Shown piece after piece: positions 1 through 10,438 of a DNA stretch of 64,000 nucleotides. Within the stretch, counting starts at the first letter, position 1. Every line of letters begins with the position of its first letter. Source of the DNA: Octopus vulgaris. Taxonomy: Eukaryota. The DNA is taken from positions 71,424,001 to 71,488,000 of the forward strand of contig OX597820.1 in the NCBI GenBank assembly GCA_951406725.2. Direction: 5' to 3'. A program made the position numbers and the translations under genes. Below the pieces are notes generated by a model, which saw only the letters and a list, made by a program, of their open reading frames with translations, made no database searches and was not told the DNA's origin.

Positions 1-195
1 GTGACGTTGACATGTAAAAGGCACCTAGAACACTCTGTAAAGTGGTTGGCATTAGGAAGGGCATCCAGCCATAGAAACCAAGCCAAAACAGACAACAGGG
101 GTCTGGTGCAGCTCTCCAATGCACCAGTTCCAGTCAAACCATGTTACCCATGCGAGTATGGAAAACAGATGTTAAATGATGATAATGTTGATGAC
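1..195 (+). mobile_element. RTE-type LINE 3' tail (cut by window edge)
   Basis: gtggttggcattaggaagggcatccagc...cccatgc...gttaaatgatgat; same tail as the RT-bearing RTE copy at 55957-57597. Confidence 0.75.
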
Positions 196-2404
196 GAAAA
201 TGTAAATTAATAGTTCTGTGCTGAAAGAAAGGGAGGGAAGTAGAAATGTCTTTGATGTTTTAAAGTTTGAGCTTTTCTTCAGAAAGTTAGACAGAAAGAA
301 TGGGTTGTGGGGTACAATTACAATGATTATGTACATTTTGTGTTACTTCATATGCACATATGTGTGCATTTGCATACACACAATAGTAAATCTTTTACCA
401 ACATTCCAGAAAGTAGAAACATTCTCAGCAATAGAGGTGGTTTCTGACTTAGATTATTTCCTCTGTAAAAGATATTTGCTATTGTTCCAGTTAACATGTA
501 AAGCTTAAGCTATTAGGAGACCAACAGTCTTAACCTATTTAGGGCAAGTGATGATTTACAGAGGATTAACATTGCTGTTGGTTTCTCTGTCTGCAAATAG
601 TCAACAGTGTGCCAATGCATATGCTGTCATGTTCTGCATCCAATTATTTGGTTGTGTGAAAAATATTTCATGGGGTTATTTTTTCACTAATATAGAGGGT
701 AGGGAATTTCATAGCATTATTATTTTTCTAGGTTTATATTATATTTAGGTCTCATTAGCATTTGTTGATATATCCTCGTTTGGCTTGATGTCAAACATTG
801 CTTTCATGTCATCTTTGCAGCTACTAAGAATAAGTTAACTATACAATTTTATTTGTATCTAACAATGATGAGGAATAAATTAATCTCTGAAAGAATAATG
901 CTTTATAACCCCACTTACAGCAGCATACTTACAGCACCACTTTTGATCACCTCTAATTTTGTCTTTGTGTATGAGGTTCTGTGATTTCCCTAAAGACCAA
1001 TCTTTCTGTTTTGCTAACCTCTTTTAGTTTGTGATGTATGAATGCCACAACTAACTTAGTGAAAGGCTTTGATGAATTCAAAGTGTGTGTAGCAAGTACA
1101 CATGATTTTCTAGATAGCTTGAAAGCCATCTGTATATATTTTTGGAAGGTGTAATTTAAGTGATACAGAATATTCTTTCAGTAAGGGTGATTCATCTTAG
1201 CATTGAATTGGTCTGATATTTTTAATTTCAAACCTAGAGGTTTATAAACTGTGAAACTTGCTGGAATGACTTCATTTATTTCTCTGTTTGTGAAGAGAAT
1301 AATAGATATGTTTAGACTTTAAAAATTATAGTCTATTTGCTGAAGAATGAAAAGGCTGTGTTACAATACACCCATAAACATGTGTGTAATGAGAAAGAGT
1401 GTAACTTCCTAAGTTATCATTCTTTAGATAATTATTTTCAGCCCTTACATTTTGTTTGGAACACTGAATATGAGAACCTTGTTTATGTTTCTGTGTACAC
1501 AATCAAGAAATAGTTCAGCTTTGGTGTTGTGTATTAGTTTGTAATTAGGATGCACTTATTGACCCTACACGTAAAACACACTAAACCTAGATGTATATAA
1601 ATATGTACTTGTCTTCCATGCATTTTACATATATTTTTGTGTTTAAACACTTGTTCTAAGAAATGTTCAAATTTTAAAAAAACACCCATGCTAGCATGGA
1701 AAGCGTACGTTAAACGATAATAATGATGATGATGAAGCTTGAACTCCCATGCCGGCATGAGCTGGAAAATAGTTGAAGATCCACAAAAGAAACATGTAAG
1801 ATTTTTGTTTGATTTAAAGAGTGGTTCAATATTTAATTTTAATAGATCTTTCGTTTGTTGTACTAAAGCTTTTGTTAGAAGGATATATTTTGGATGAATT
1901 TTTATTCATAAATTCTATTTTATTAACTATTCATCATATTTTACAATTTCAAATGTTTATTTGTTTTTCATCTAAAACACTATCAATTGTTTCATATTAG
2001 GTTAACTTTTGTTTTTATATATGAATATGTTTGAAAACAGTCATCAAATATTTTTTGTGGCACTTGATATGTTGCTTTAAAGCAACCCTAAAATTTCAGG
2101 AAAAAAATTTAAGCAATTGTTCTATCAATCAACTCTGACTGCTATTGTAGCTACTTTCACTTTTGCTATAAATAAAACTGCAATTATATTCTTACTCAAA
2201 AAATAGCTCTCTACTCAATAAAGTTTTTGAACAGTTTAACATATTATCACTATTACTGGTTTAATGTCTCATCTTGAATAGTCTATATTTGGCTGATATG
2301 ATTTTGAAGTAGGACCTCCATATTTTACAAGCAGTTCTATATTGTTTTTTTTTAAATTTTTGTATGCAGTTGTCTATGCTAATATGGGTTAGGTGAATAC
2401 CTAT

Positions 2405-2540
2405 TGGCTAAGTGGTAAGGAGCTTGGTTCTGGAACACGTAGTCTCAGGTTCTACCCCACTGTGTGACACCTTGGGCAAGCGTCTTCATTAGCCCTGGAC
2501 TAATGTACGGGCATATGGTAGACAGAAACTGAAAGATGCC
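2405..2540 (+). mobile_element. tRNA-head SINE family A, 5' part
   Basis: tggctaagtggtaag...ccttgggcaag...gtagacagaaactgaaaga matches the copy at 48523-48911. Confidence 0.65.
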
Positions 2541-2542
2541 AA

Positions 2543-2591
<49 letters not shown>

Positions 2592-2756
2592 CACTAATTA
2601 TATACTATTTATTTATTATTTTGTACTTTATTTAGTTCTAGGTAAATGTTTTATCGTATATTTAGTTTTTTCTAAATGGTATGGTTTAATTATATCATTG
2701 TTGAATTGCTACATGGTGGTTCTTCTCTAATTTATATACATATATATATATATAAC

Positions 2757-3313
2757 CAGCCCACTTAGGCGTACCTTTCTTTCATTGGATACTAAACTCT
2801 GCTTGTGAAGACCTGTTGAGGCAAGTGAAATCGAAATCAAATTTGATGACAGCACCACTTGACTGGCATCCTTGCTAATGGAGCACTAAGAGCACCATCA
2901 GAGTGCGATCGTTCCAGAGTCGCTGACTGGCTTCCGTGCCGGTGGCATGTAAAAAGCACACTTTGAGCATGATTGTTACCAGCATCGCCTTACTGGCACT
3001 TGTGCCGGTGGTACATGAAAAACAACGTTCAAACGAGGGTGTTGCCAGTGCCGATGGACTGGCTCCTGTGCAGGTGACATGTAAAAACACCATTTGAGCA
3101 TGGCCATTGCCAGTACTGCCTAACTGGCCCTTGTGCCGTTGGCATGTAAAAGCACCCACTACACTCTCAGAGTGGTTGGCATTAGGAAGGGCATCCAGCT
3201 GTAGAAACTCTGCCAGATCAGATTGGAGCCTGGTGCAGCCATCTGGTTCATCAGTCCCCAGTCAAACCATCCAACCCATGCCAGCATGGAAAGCAGACGT
3301 TAAACGATGATGA

Positions 3314-3317
<4 letters not shown>
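2757..3317 (+). mobile_element. RTE LINE 3' UTR fragment with internal tandem units and (GAT)n tail
   Basis: About 5 repeats of actggc..gtgccggtggcatgtaaaa.gcacc, then the RTE tail ending gacgttaaacgatgatgatgat. Confidence 0.8.
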
Positions 3318-3348
<31 letters not shown>

Positions 3349-3634
3349 AAGTATAGGACTTACTTCACAAGTGATCTAAACGATTAGGTACACTAAGTGC
3401 TGTAACGGATTACTTGGACTCATTAATACGTACCATTCACATTTTCCCAATTTTCCCCTATTTGTCTCTGATGACCTTTTTCCTATAATAATATTTTACA
3501 TGACATGAGATGTTTACCTCTTTAACAATTATATATATATATATAAGGGAATATTATTCTAAACTTAAAGGGAAAAATTCAATTTAGAAATACTAAATCA
3601 AATTTCACAAAATATAATATACATATATATATAT

Positions 3635-3896
3635 AAATTAGAAAAAGACCACCTTTTATCAATTCAATAATGAAAAATTAAATTATACTATTTAGAAAGA
3701 TCACATATTATAGAAAAGATAAAACACATAACGATGATTAAGTAATGTGCAAAATAATAAATGAATAAATAAATAAAAACTAAACAATTTGCACATTACT
3801 TAATCATCGTTATATGTTTTATCTTTTATTTAATCTTTCTAAATGGTATAATTGAATTTTTCATTATTAAATTGATAAAAGGTGATTTTTTTTCTA

Positions 3897-3900
<4 letters not shown>
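3635..3900. repeat. AT-rich fold-back (long inverted repeat)
   Basis: Arms ~3635-3753 and ~3788-3900 are reverse complements (e.g. aacgatgattaagtaatgtgcaaa / tttgcacattacttaatcatcgtt). Confidence 0.85.
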
Positions 3901-3967
<67 letters not shown>

Positions 3968-4266
3968 AGTAAAGAAGTGGAGTTTAACTTCATCACTTTA
4001 TTTATTTATGTGATACCAAAACATTTCACTAAACCCTGAAATTTCTACCTTTATAAGTAGGCTGTTACATCCTTAGTACTTATGTGAATTTTTGCAACCC
4101 TGATAACTATTTATTTATTTTTTACATGTTATTTGTACACATTGAAAAAATACACATACATTTATATATATATAAAGTTAATCCAAACAAGAAAGCACAA
4201 AAAAACACAACAACACGAGGATGTGGAACAAATATAGTATTATTGGACGCGAAGGAAAGAAGGAGG

Positions 4267-4301
4267 GTTTAACGTTTCAAGCGGAGCTCTTCGTCAGAAA
4301 C
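4267..4301 (-). ncRNA. Minimal type I hammerhead ribozyme motif (Penelope pLTR type)
   Basis: Minus strand: gttt CTGACGA agagc tcc gctt GAAA CG T T aaac. P1 gttt/aaac, short P2, palindromic P3 ACGT. Confidence 0.65.
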
Positions 4302-4405
4302 ATAGGAGAAGGAAAGATCCAGAGAAGGGAAAACAGAGGAAAAAATCGCCAACGGTGCACACGCGGTCACATTTTGAAATATATATATATACATACATAC
4401 ACACA

Positions 4406-4408
<3 letters not shown>

Positions 4409-4471
<63 letters not shown>
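4409..4471. repeat. (TA)n microsatellite
   Basis: Perfect TA run; one of many (e.g. 3316-3345, 5767-5817, 50631-50675, 58919-58957). Confidence 0.95.
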
Positions 4472-4472
<1 letters not shown>

Positions 4473-4849
4473 CTGGTTATAAAATCTCCAGAAGAGAGAG
4501 AGAGTAGTAACGTGTACTAAGCAGTAAAGCAAGTAGCCACATCTAAGTGGCAAATGAATGTTATTACTAGTTTAACTCCCGGTGGATTCTCCACAACTGA
4601 TTTTCGGTGCAAGCTCTGCACCCTTACATACAATACATCTCTAGAAGAGTGTATACACACAGGGAAGTCCACATGGTGGTCTTCTCACTGTGTTTAAATT
4701 ATTTATACACTCTAATATTATAAAAATATTTGCCATATGACTTTTATTACATGTGGTAACCACTGGTATTAATTGTTAGATCATTAATTTAATAAATTTT
4801 ACCCAGTATTTATATATATATATATATATATTAATTTAAAAAATTGACA

Positions 4850-4936
4850 TCTCTTACAGGTGTTTCAATTTTAGATCTTCAGAAAATTAATTAATAAAAT
4901 GAAAAATTATTTGAAAGTCGAATCTCTTCAGAGGTA
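4850..4936 (-). ncRNA. Type I hammerhead motif (left arm)
   Basis: Minus strand: tacct CTGAAGA gattcgactttca...tgaagatctaaaatt GAAA CACCTG TA agag; GUA site, weak P1. Confidence 0.55.
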
Positions 4937-5060
4937 GTTTAAGATATACAAAATAGGTGTTCAATTCCTGCATGTTAAGTATACAGCTGCAAACATGGTT
5001 TTCAGCCATATACTTCACTCAGCATGCAGGGATTGAACACCTCTTTTGTATATCTTAAAC

Positions 5061-5147
5061 TGTCTCTGACGAGATTCGACTTTCAAATAATTTTAAATTT
5101 TATTAATTAATTTTCTGAAGGTCTAGAATTGAAACAGCTGTTAGAGA
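5061..5147 (+). ncRNA. Type I hammerhead motif with intact core (right arm)
   Basis: tgtct CTGACGA gattcgactttca...tgaaggtc(ta)gaatt GAAA CAGCTG TT agaga. P2 ~13 bp with a 2-nt bulge, palindromic P3 ACAGCTGT, GUU site. Confidence 0.7.
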
Positions 5148-5422
5148 TGTTGTCAATTTTTTACATTACTGAATAATAATTTATTAATTGTCTCTCTATT
5201 TTCTTATCTTATCTAAATAAATAAATATGTATAAATAAATATGTATACATATAGTTACCTTACAGTTGAATATTAATTGTAATGTTCAACATTTTTTGTA
5301 TAGGTAACTAACCAGTATTTTCATTGGATTTTACTATCTCTTAATGAGGTTTTTAACCTTTATTTGAACCAGTTGCACTGTCAGATTTTAATGTGACGGT
5401 TATAAATTATTACTCAGTAGGC

Positions 5423-5474
5423 CACACTAATGAGGTTCAGGGTTTAAATACCTAAAAGCCGAAACCTGTTTGTG
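5423..5474 (+). ncRNA. Degenerate hammerhead motif
   Basis: caca CTAATGA ggtt...agcc GAAA CCTG TT tgtg; P1 caca/tgtg, core G5 changed to A. Confidence 0.5.
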
Positions 5475-5764
5475 AATATCCCTAATTGCTTAATATTTTT
5501 ATTTTGTGCTGTTAGATGTTTTAATTCTTTCTGTTTTCCTCACATACTGTTTTTCTCTGCTATCTTGGTGTGGTACGGTGGAAAAATTTAAGACTTTAGC
5601 TCTTATTTCTAGCAGTTAGATGCTTGTAAAGCATCATTACACTTTGTGTAAATTTATAATTCATAGCTATATAATGCTATTGCGCCTGCAATCTACCTAT
5701 GTCACTGCTGGTGATATGAAAAGTAGTGACATCTGATTTCAAATCTCAGTGTTTTAATGTTTTG

Positions 5765-5831
<67 letters not shown>

Positions 5832-6032
5832 GTATGTATATATATATGTAAGGTTAGTTGAGTTAGATGTTGGAATAACCATCTAAGAGATAAAAATATC
5901 CGTTATACTACCGATATAATTACCTATGTTAACCCTGGACATACATATGCAAGCATATTATGCTAACAGGTTACAGGTAATGACAAAGATAAACAGAGTT
6001 TATCAGAAATCAAATTTAAAGTAAACATGAAA

Positions 6033-6498
6033 TGGAGAAATAATGATCAACAACAATTGACTAATAACAATTATTATGTCATATGTAAACAAACAAATAG
6101 ACTGTATCCCATCTAACAGCTGTTTCTGCTTCCAATGTTATATGGTATTGCCACTGAAAATTCTGAAAATGATATTCATCATATTTGGTAATACATCCCA
6201 AAGTGACACATAAGCAAAATGGTATAATTTAAATATATTAAGCCTTTCATCTTCTTCTTGAGGCTCTTCTTTTTTTCTTTCCTTTTCCTTTATGTATTTT
6301 TCTTCACTCTGATGAAGCTTCAGATTCCTGATCGGATGTATTACCGAATATGATGAATATTATTTTCAGAATTTCCATTGGCAATACCGTATAATATTGG
6401 AAGCAGAAACAGCTGTTAGATGGGATACAGTCTATTTGTATTTAATTAAAAAGTAATAATTGATGTAAGGCAATTGTTGTTGATCAATATTTCTCCAT
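6033..6498. mobile_element. Fold-back element with hammerhead in right half
   Basis: Arms ~6033-6198 and ~6334-6498 are reverse complements (caaatagactgtatcccatctaacagctgtttctgcttccaat / attggaagcagaaacagctgttagatgggatacagtctatttg). Confidence 0.75.
6305..6423 (+). ncRNA. Type I hammerhead motif with long P2 insertion
   Basis: cact CTGATGA agcttc...gaagca GAAA CAGCTG TT agatgg; gcttc/gaagc closes P2, P3 palindrome ACAGCTGT. Confidence 0.55.
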
Positions 6499-6625
6499 AT
6501 TTTTCATTCATGTTTATCATAATTTTATTATTTTAATTGTTATATGTCCCCATGGTTTCTGTGTGTGCCCCTTGTGGGTAAGAATCATTTTCATAAAAAG
6601 TTTTGATCTGTGCATGTTTCATGTT

Positions 6626-6707
6626 TATCCTGATGAGAGAGTCATCGCTATGATGCACTTTAGTGTAAATGAACTGCGGTGGTGAGCTCCCAAAATGGCC
6701 ATAGATA
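6626..6707 (+). ncRNA. Degenerate type I hammerhead motif
   Basis: tatc CTGATGA gagagtcatcgc...ggtggtgagctccc AAAA TGGCCA TA gata. Perfect P1 tatc/gata, ~12-bp P2, P3 palindrome ATGGCCAT; GAAA changed to AAAA at a CpG. Confidence 0.6.
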
Positions 6708-6720
6708 TATGTGAATGTTG

Positions 6721-6880
6721 AATTTGACCTGTGATATCTGTTTATTATGAACTTTGGATGTACATGTGTGAAGGGAGTAAAAAGACTTTTTTCAAGATGT
6801 ATGTAAATTTGACCTGTGGAAGTCTGCTTACTTATGAACTTTGGACATACTTGTGTGAGGGAAGTAAAAGACTTTTTCAA
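6721..6880. repeat. Two-copy ~85-bp tandem duplication
   Basis: aatttgacctgtg...tatgaactttgga...tgtgtga...gtaaaa(a)gactttttcaa occurs twice. Confidence 0.75.
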
Positions 6881-7239
6881 ATATTAAACAAAATTTTTGT
6901 TTTAATCTTTAAAAATATTTTAATCGTCTGATAAAATCTTTTTAGTCGGTGGACATTTATTTTGTTTTAGTTTTATTTTTATCTTTATTTTATATTTGTC
7001 CATTAGGCTTTTTGGTAGTTTTGAAATTTTAGTTGTTATATTTAACTTTTGATAAGTCATTCTATTTGTATTTTATTAGAATATATATATTTGTACCTTC
7101 TGTGATTTTATGTATATGTATTATTTTTTTATGTGTTTGTAGACAATGGTGTTTTTTATATATGATTAAATGTTTGACAGGTGGTGGTGTATGTAAAGTC
7201 GTTGACCCAAATTTAATGTTCTATAACCAATGCTTCTAT

Positions 7240-7260
7240 ATGTGTGTATATATATATTTA

Positions 7261-7339
<79 letters not shown>

Positions 7340-7388
7340 ATATATATGTGTTTGTGTGTGGTATATATATATATATGTATATATCTTA

Positions 7389-7438
<50 letters not shown>
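7240..7438. repeat. Compound (TG)n/(TA)n/(CT)n microsatellite
   Basis: Directly visible; explains the overlapping low-complexity ORFs. Confidence 0.9.
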
Positions 7439-7441
<3 letters not shown>

Positions 7442-8385
7442 CATCATCATCATTTAACATCCATTTTCCATGCTGGCATGGGTTGGACAGTTTGATAGGA
7501 GCTGACCAGCTGAAGAGGGGTTCAGACTCCATGTCTGTTTTGGCATGGTTTCTCTGGCTGGATGCCCTTTCTAGCACCAACCATTTTACAGACTGTATTG
7601 GGTGCTTTTATGCACCACTGGCATGAGTGCCTTCTATGTGGCACCAATACCTACAAGCTTAGAAGATTAGGGATGCTCAGCTGGAGAAGATTACATGGAA
7701 TAAGCCTGTATGCAAGAGCAACCACACTTTTACTTAACTTGATATGTCTTTTCAAGCACTGCAGACTACCAGTAGTCTCAGTCCTCTGTCAACCCCTCTG
7801 TAAGTCCCAACATCTGTAGATCCTTTCTCACCACTCTGTCCCACATCTTCCTGGGTCTACCATTTCCACATGTTTCCTCTACAGTTAGAGATTGACACCT
7901 CTTGATGCAACTGTTTTCATTCATACACATTACATGGCCATACTAGGATAATCGTCTCTGTTGCATGCTACATCTAGTGTTATGTATATCCAGTTTTTCT
8001 CTTAAATCACATTCTGTCGTATATACACACTGACGTTACCTATCAAGTAAAACCTACTGGCTTTATTTCTTGCAAGTCTTCGCACATCTTCAGTAGTCAC
8101 AACTCATATCTCACTGCCATATAGCATAGTTGTTCATACACAGGCATCATACAATCTGCCTTTTACTCTGAGGGAGAGGCCTTTCATTACTATCAGAAGT
8201 AGTAGTACTCTGAACTTCACCCAGCCAATTATTCTAGCAGCTATGCTCTCAGAGCAATCGCCACCTAAGTAACAGAAACTGTCTACTACTTCTAGGGATT
8301 CCTGCTGGCATGTGAGAGAATCTATTTTTTTTATACATTGCTGATGTTTAATGTACCTGCACATCTGCCACATGTAAAGTACCAC
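7439..8385 (-). mobile_element. Degenerate RTE LINE 3' portion
   Basis: Minus ORF LEVVDSFCYLG...GLSLRVKGRLYDACV; tail reads tcatcatcatcatttaacatccattttccatgc on +. Confidence 0.85.
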
Positions 8386-8394
8386 CTAGAGTAC

Positions 8395-8560
8395 CACCTT
8401 TAATCAAACAAATTGACCCTAGGACATATTCTTTGTAAGCCTAGTACTTATTCTGTCAGTCTATTTTGCTGAACTGCTAAGTTATGAGGATATAAACTCA
8501 CCAGCATCGGTTGTGAAGCAATGGTAGGGGATAAACACAGACACACAAATATATACATAA
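8395..8560 (-). mobile_element. SINE family A 3' part
   Basis: Reverse complement of the family A tail (ctttgtaagcctagtacttattct...gaactgctaagttat). Confidence 0.65.
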
Positions 8561-9830
8561 TCGAAGGGCCTTAGAGCTAACAAAGTCTTAATACGTAGGA
8601 AGGCAGACAAATCACAAATCCCTTCAGGTAGATGGCCCTGCTCGATCTGTAGAAAAGGCGAAGGTAGAAACTTCATAAGATGCACCAGAGTGTAAGCAAT
8701 GGACACATAAGAAGTGAAGCAGTATCAGAAGAAGTTTAACAAGGATGATAGTTTTTGTGTGTGAAGCGTGCACAGGTACAATAAACACCAAAAATGTACA
8801 GAAAATAGATTACATCACATGCCAGTAGGGAAAACTGGAAGTAGTTGATAGTTTCTGTTACCTAAGTGACCAAGTCAGTAGTTGGGGTGGATGCTCTGAT
8901 AGTGTAGCTGCTAAAATAAGAATAGGCTGGGAAAAGTTCAGAGAGCTCCTACTGCTGATGGTAACAAAGGGCTTCTCATTCAGAGTGAAAGGTAGACTGT
9001 ATGATGCCTGCGAATGAATTGTAAGAAATGTAGCTAGTATGCTCTGCTGGATGTGTAATGTCAGTGTGCATTCATGACAGTGTAAGCATCCTGAGAGAAA
9101 AGTTGGACATAAAAGCATCAGATGTGATGTGCAAGAGAGACGACAGCACTGATATGGTTATGTGATGCATATGGATGAGGACAGCTGTGTGAAGTGTCAC
9201 ACTCTTAACAGTGGAGAGAACTTGTGGGAGAGGTAAACCCTGGAAGACATGAGACGAGGTGGTAAAGCATGATTTTTGAATGTTGGGCCCCACAGAAGCA
9301 ATGACAAGTGACAGACCATTGAAGATATGCCGTGCTTGCGAAGAGCCGTCAAACCAAGTGAGATTGTAGTTGTGGCCCATGCCAGTGTCTTGTAACTGGC
9401 CCATTCAAAGCAGCTTTCAATCATTTGGTGATATACTGTGCTTGTGAAGACCTGTCGAACTGAATGAAATCATAGTCATGGCCAATGCCAGTGCCATCTG
9501 ACTGACACCTGTGCTGTTGGCATGTAAAAAGCACTGTTGGAGCATTATACTGCTTGGAGGCAGTGACAAGTGACCAAGACATTTGGCAATACACCCTGCT
9601 TGTGTAGAGCTGTCAAGCTGACGCTGGTGTCAGATCAATGGCACCTGTGCTGATGGCACATAAAAAACACCTACTAAACTCCTGGAATGGTTGGCATTAG
9701 GAAGGTCATCCAACCATAGAAATCTTGCCAAATCAAATCAGAACCTGGTGCAGCCCACTGGCTTACCAGTTTTCAGTCAAACCAATCAACCCATGCGAGC
9801 GAGGAAAGTGGGTGTTAAATGATGAGGATA
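8561..9830 (+). mobile_element. Degenerate RTE LINE 3' portion incl. PHD-like segment and 3' UTR
   Basis: ggtagatggccctgctcgatctgtagaaaa...gaagtagttgatagtttc...agagtgaaaggtagactgtatgatgcc; collinear with 55957-57597. Confidence 0.85.
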
Positions 9831-9834
9831 TATA

Positions 9835-9985
9835 TAATGAGCTTCTTTCAGTTTCCATCTACTAAATCCACTCACAATACTTTGCTATAGTAGAAGACAC
9901 TTGCCTAAGCTGCCACACAGTGGGACTGAACCTGGAACCATGTTGTTGGGAAGTAAGCTTCTTACCACACAGCCACACCTGCACC
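9835..9985 (-). mobile_element. SINE family A 5' part
   Basis: ctatagtagaagacacttgcctaag...gggactgaacc...cttaccacacagccac. Confidence 0.75.
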
Positions 9986-10392
9986 TATATATACATATAT
10001 ATTTATGTATATATATGTGATACATGTGTGTGTGTGTGTGTGTGCACTCATACATGTTTGTGTGTATTACTAACTCCTTGCCTTGACTCCATGTGATAGT
10101 TGTTAACAAATGTCACTGTTACACAATCTTCTGTGAAAAAGTGTTTGGTCATGGGGAATATTAATTTACTTGGAAGCAGGTGAGGCTTAGACACAGGAAG
10201 AGCATCCGGTTGTAGGAAATCTACCTCAACAAAATTCTATCCAACCCAAGGAGCATGGCACATTGGATACTAAAATAATGAATATGTGTTGAAAAGCAGA
10301 AAGCTAATGGACAGTTCATTGCAAAATGACATTGTGGGATACTGACTATTGATCACAGGGTTTAAACATTCTCATAGATGTACACACACATA

Positions 10393-10438
<46 letters not shown>

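Larger units (their letters stand above)
4839..5161. mobile_element. Fold-back element with a hammerhead motif on each arm
   Basis: Arms ~4839-4980 and ~5015-5161 are reverse complements; each reads CTGANGA...GAAAC...GTH outward from the centre. Confidence 0.75.

Noticed and set aside
2855-3160. CRISPR-like array or twister ribozyme
   Set aside because: Eukaryotic context, no cas genes, degenerate units with related linkers inside an RTE 3' UTR; twister pseudoknots could not be built.
5335-5376. Hammerhead-like atctcTTAATGAggtt...aacc...GTCagat
   Set aside because: GAAA is missing and the core is altered; at most a relic.
7033-7626. 197-aa ORF and other YIYI/CVCV/HTHT ORFs
   Set aside because: They are translations of dinucleotide microsatellites.
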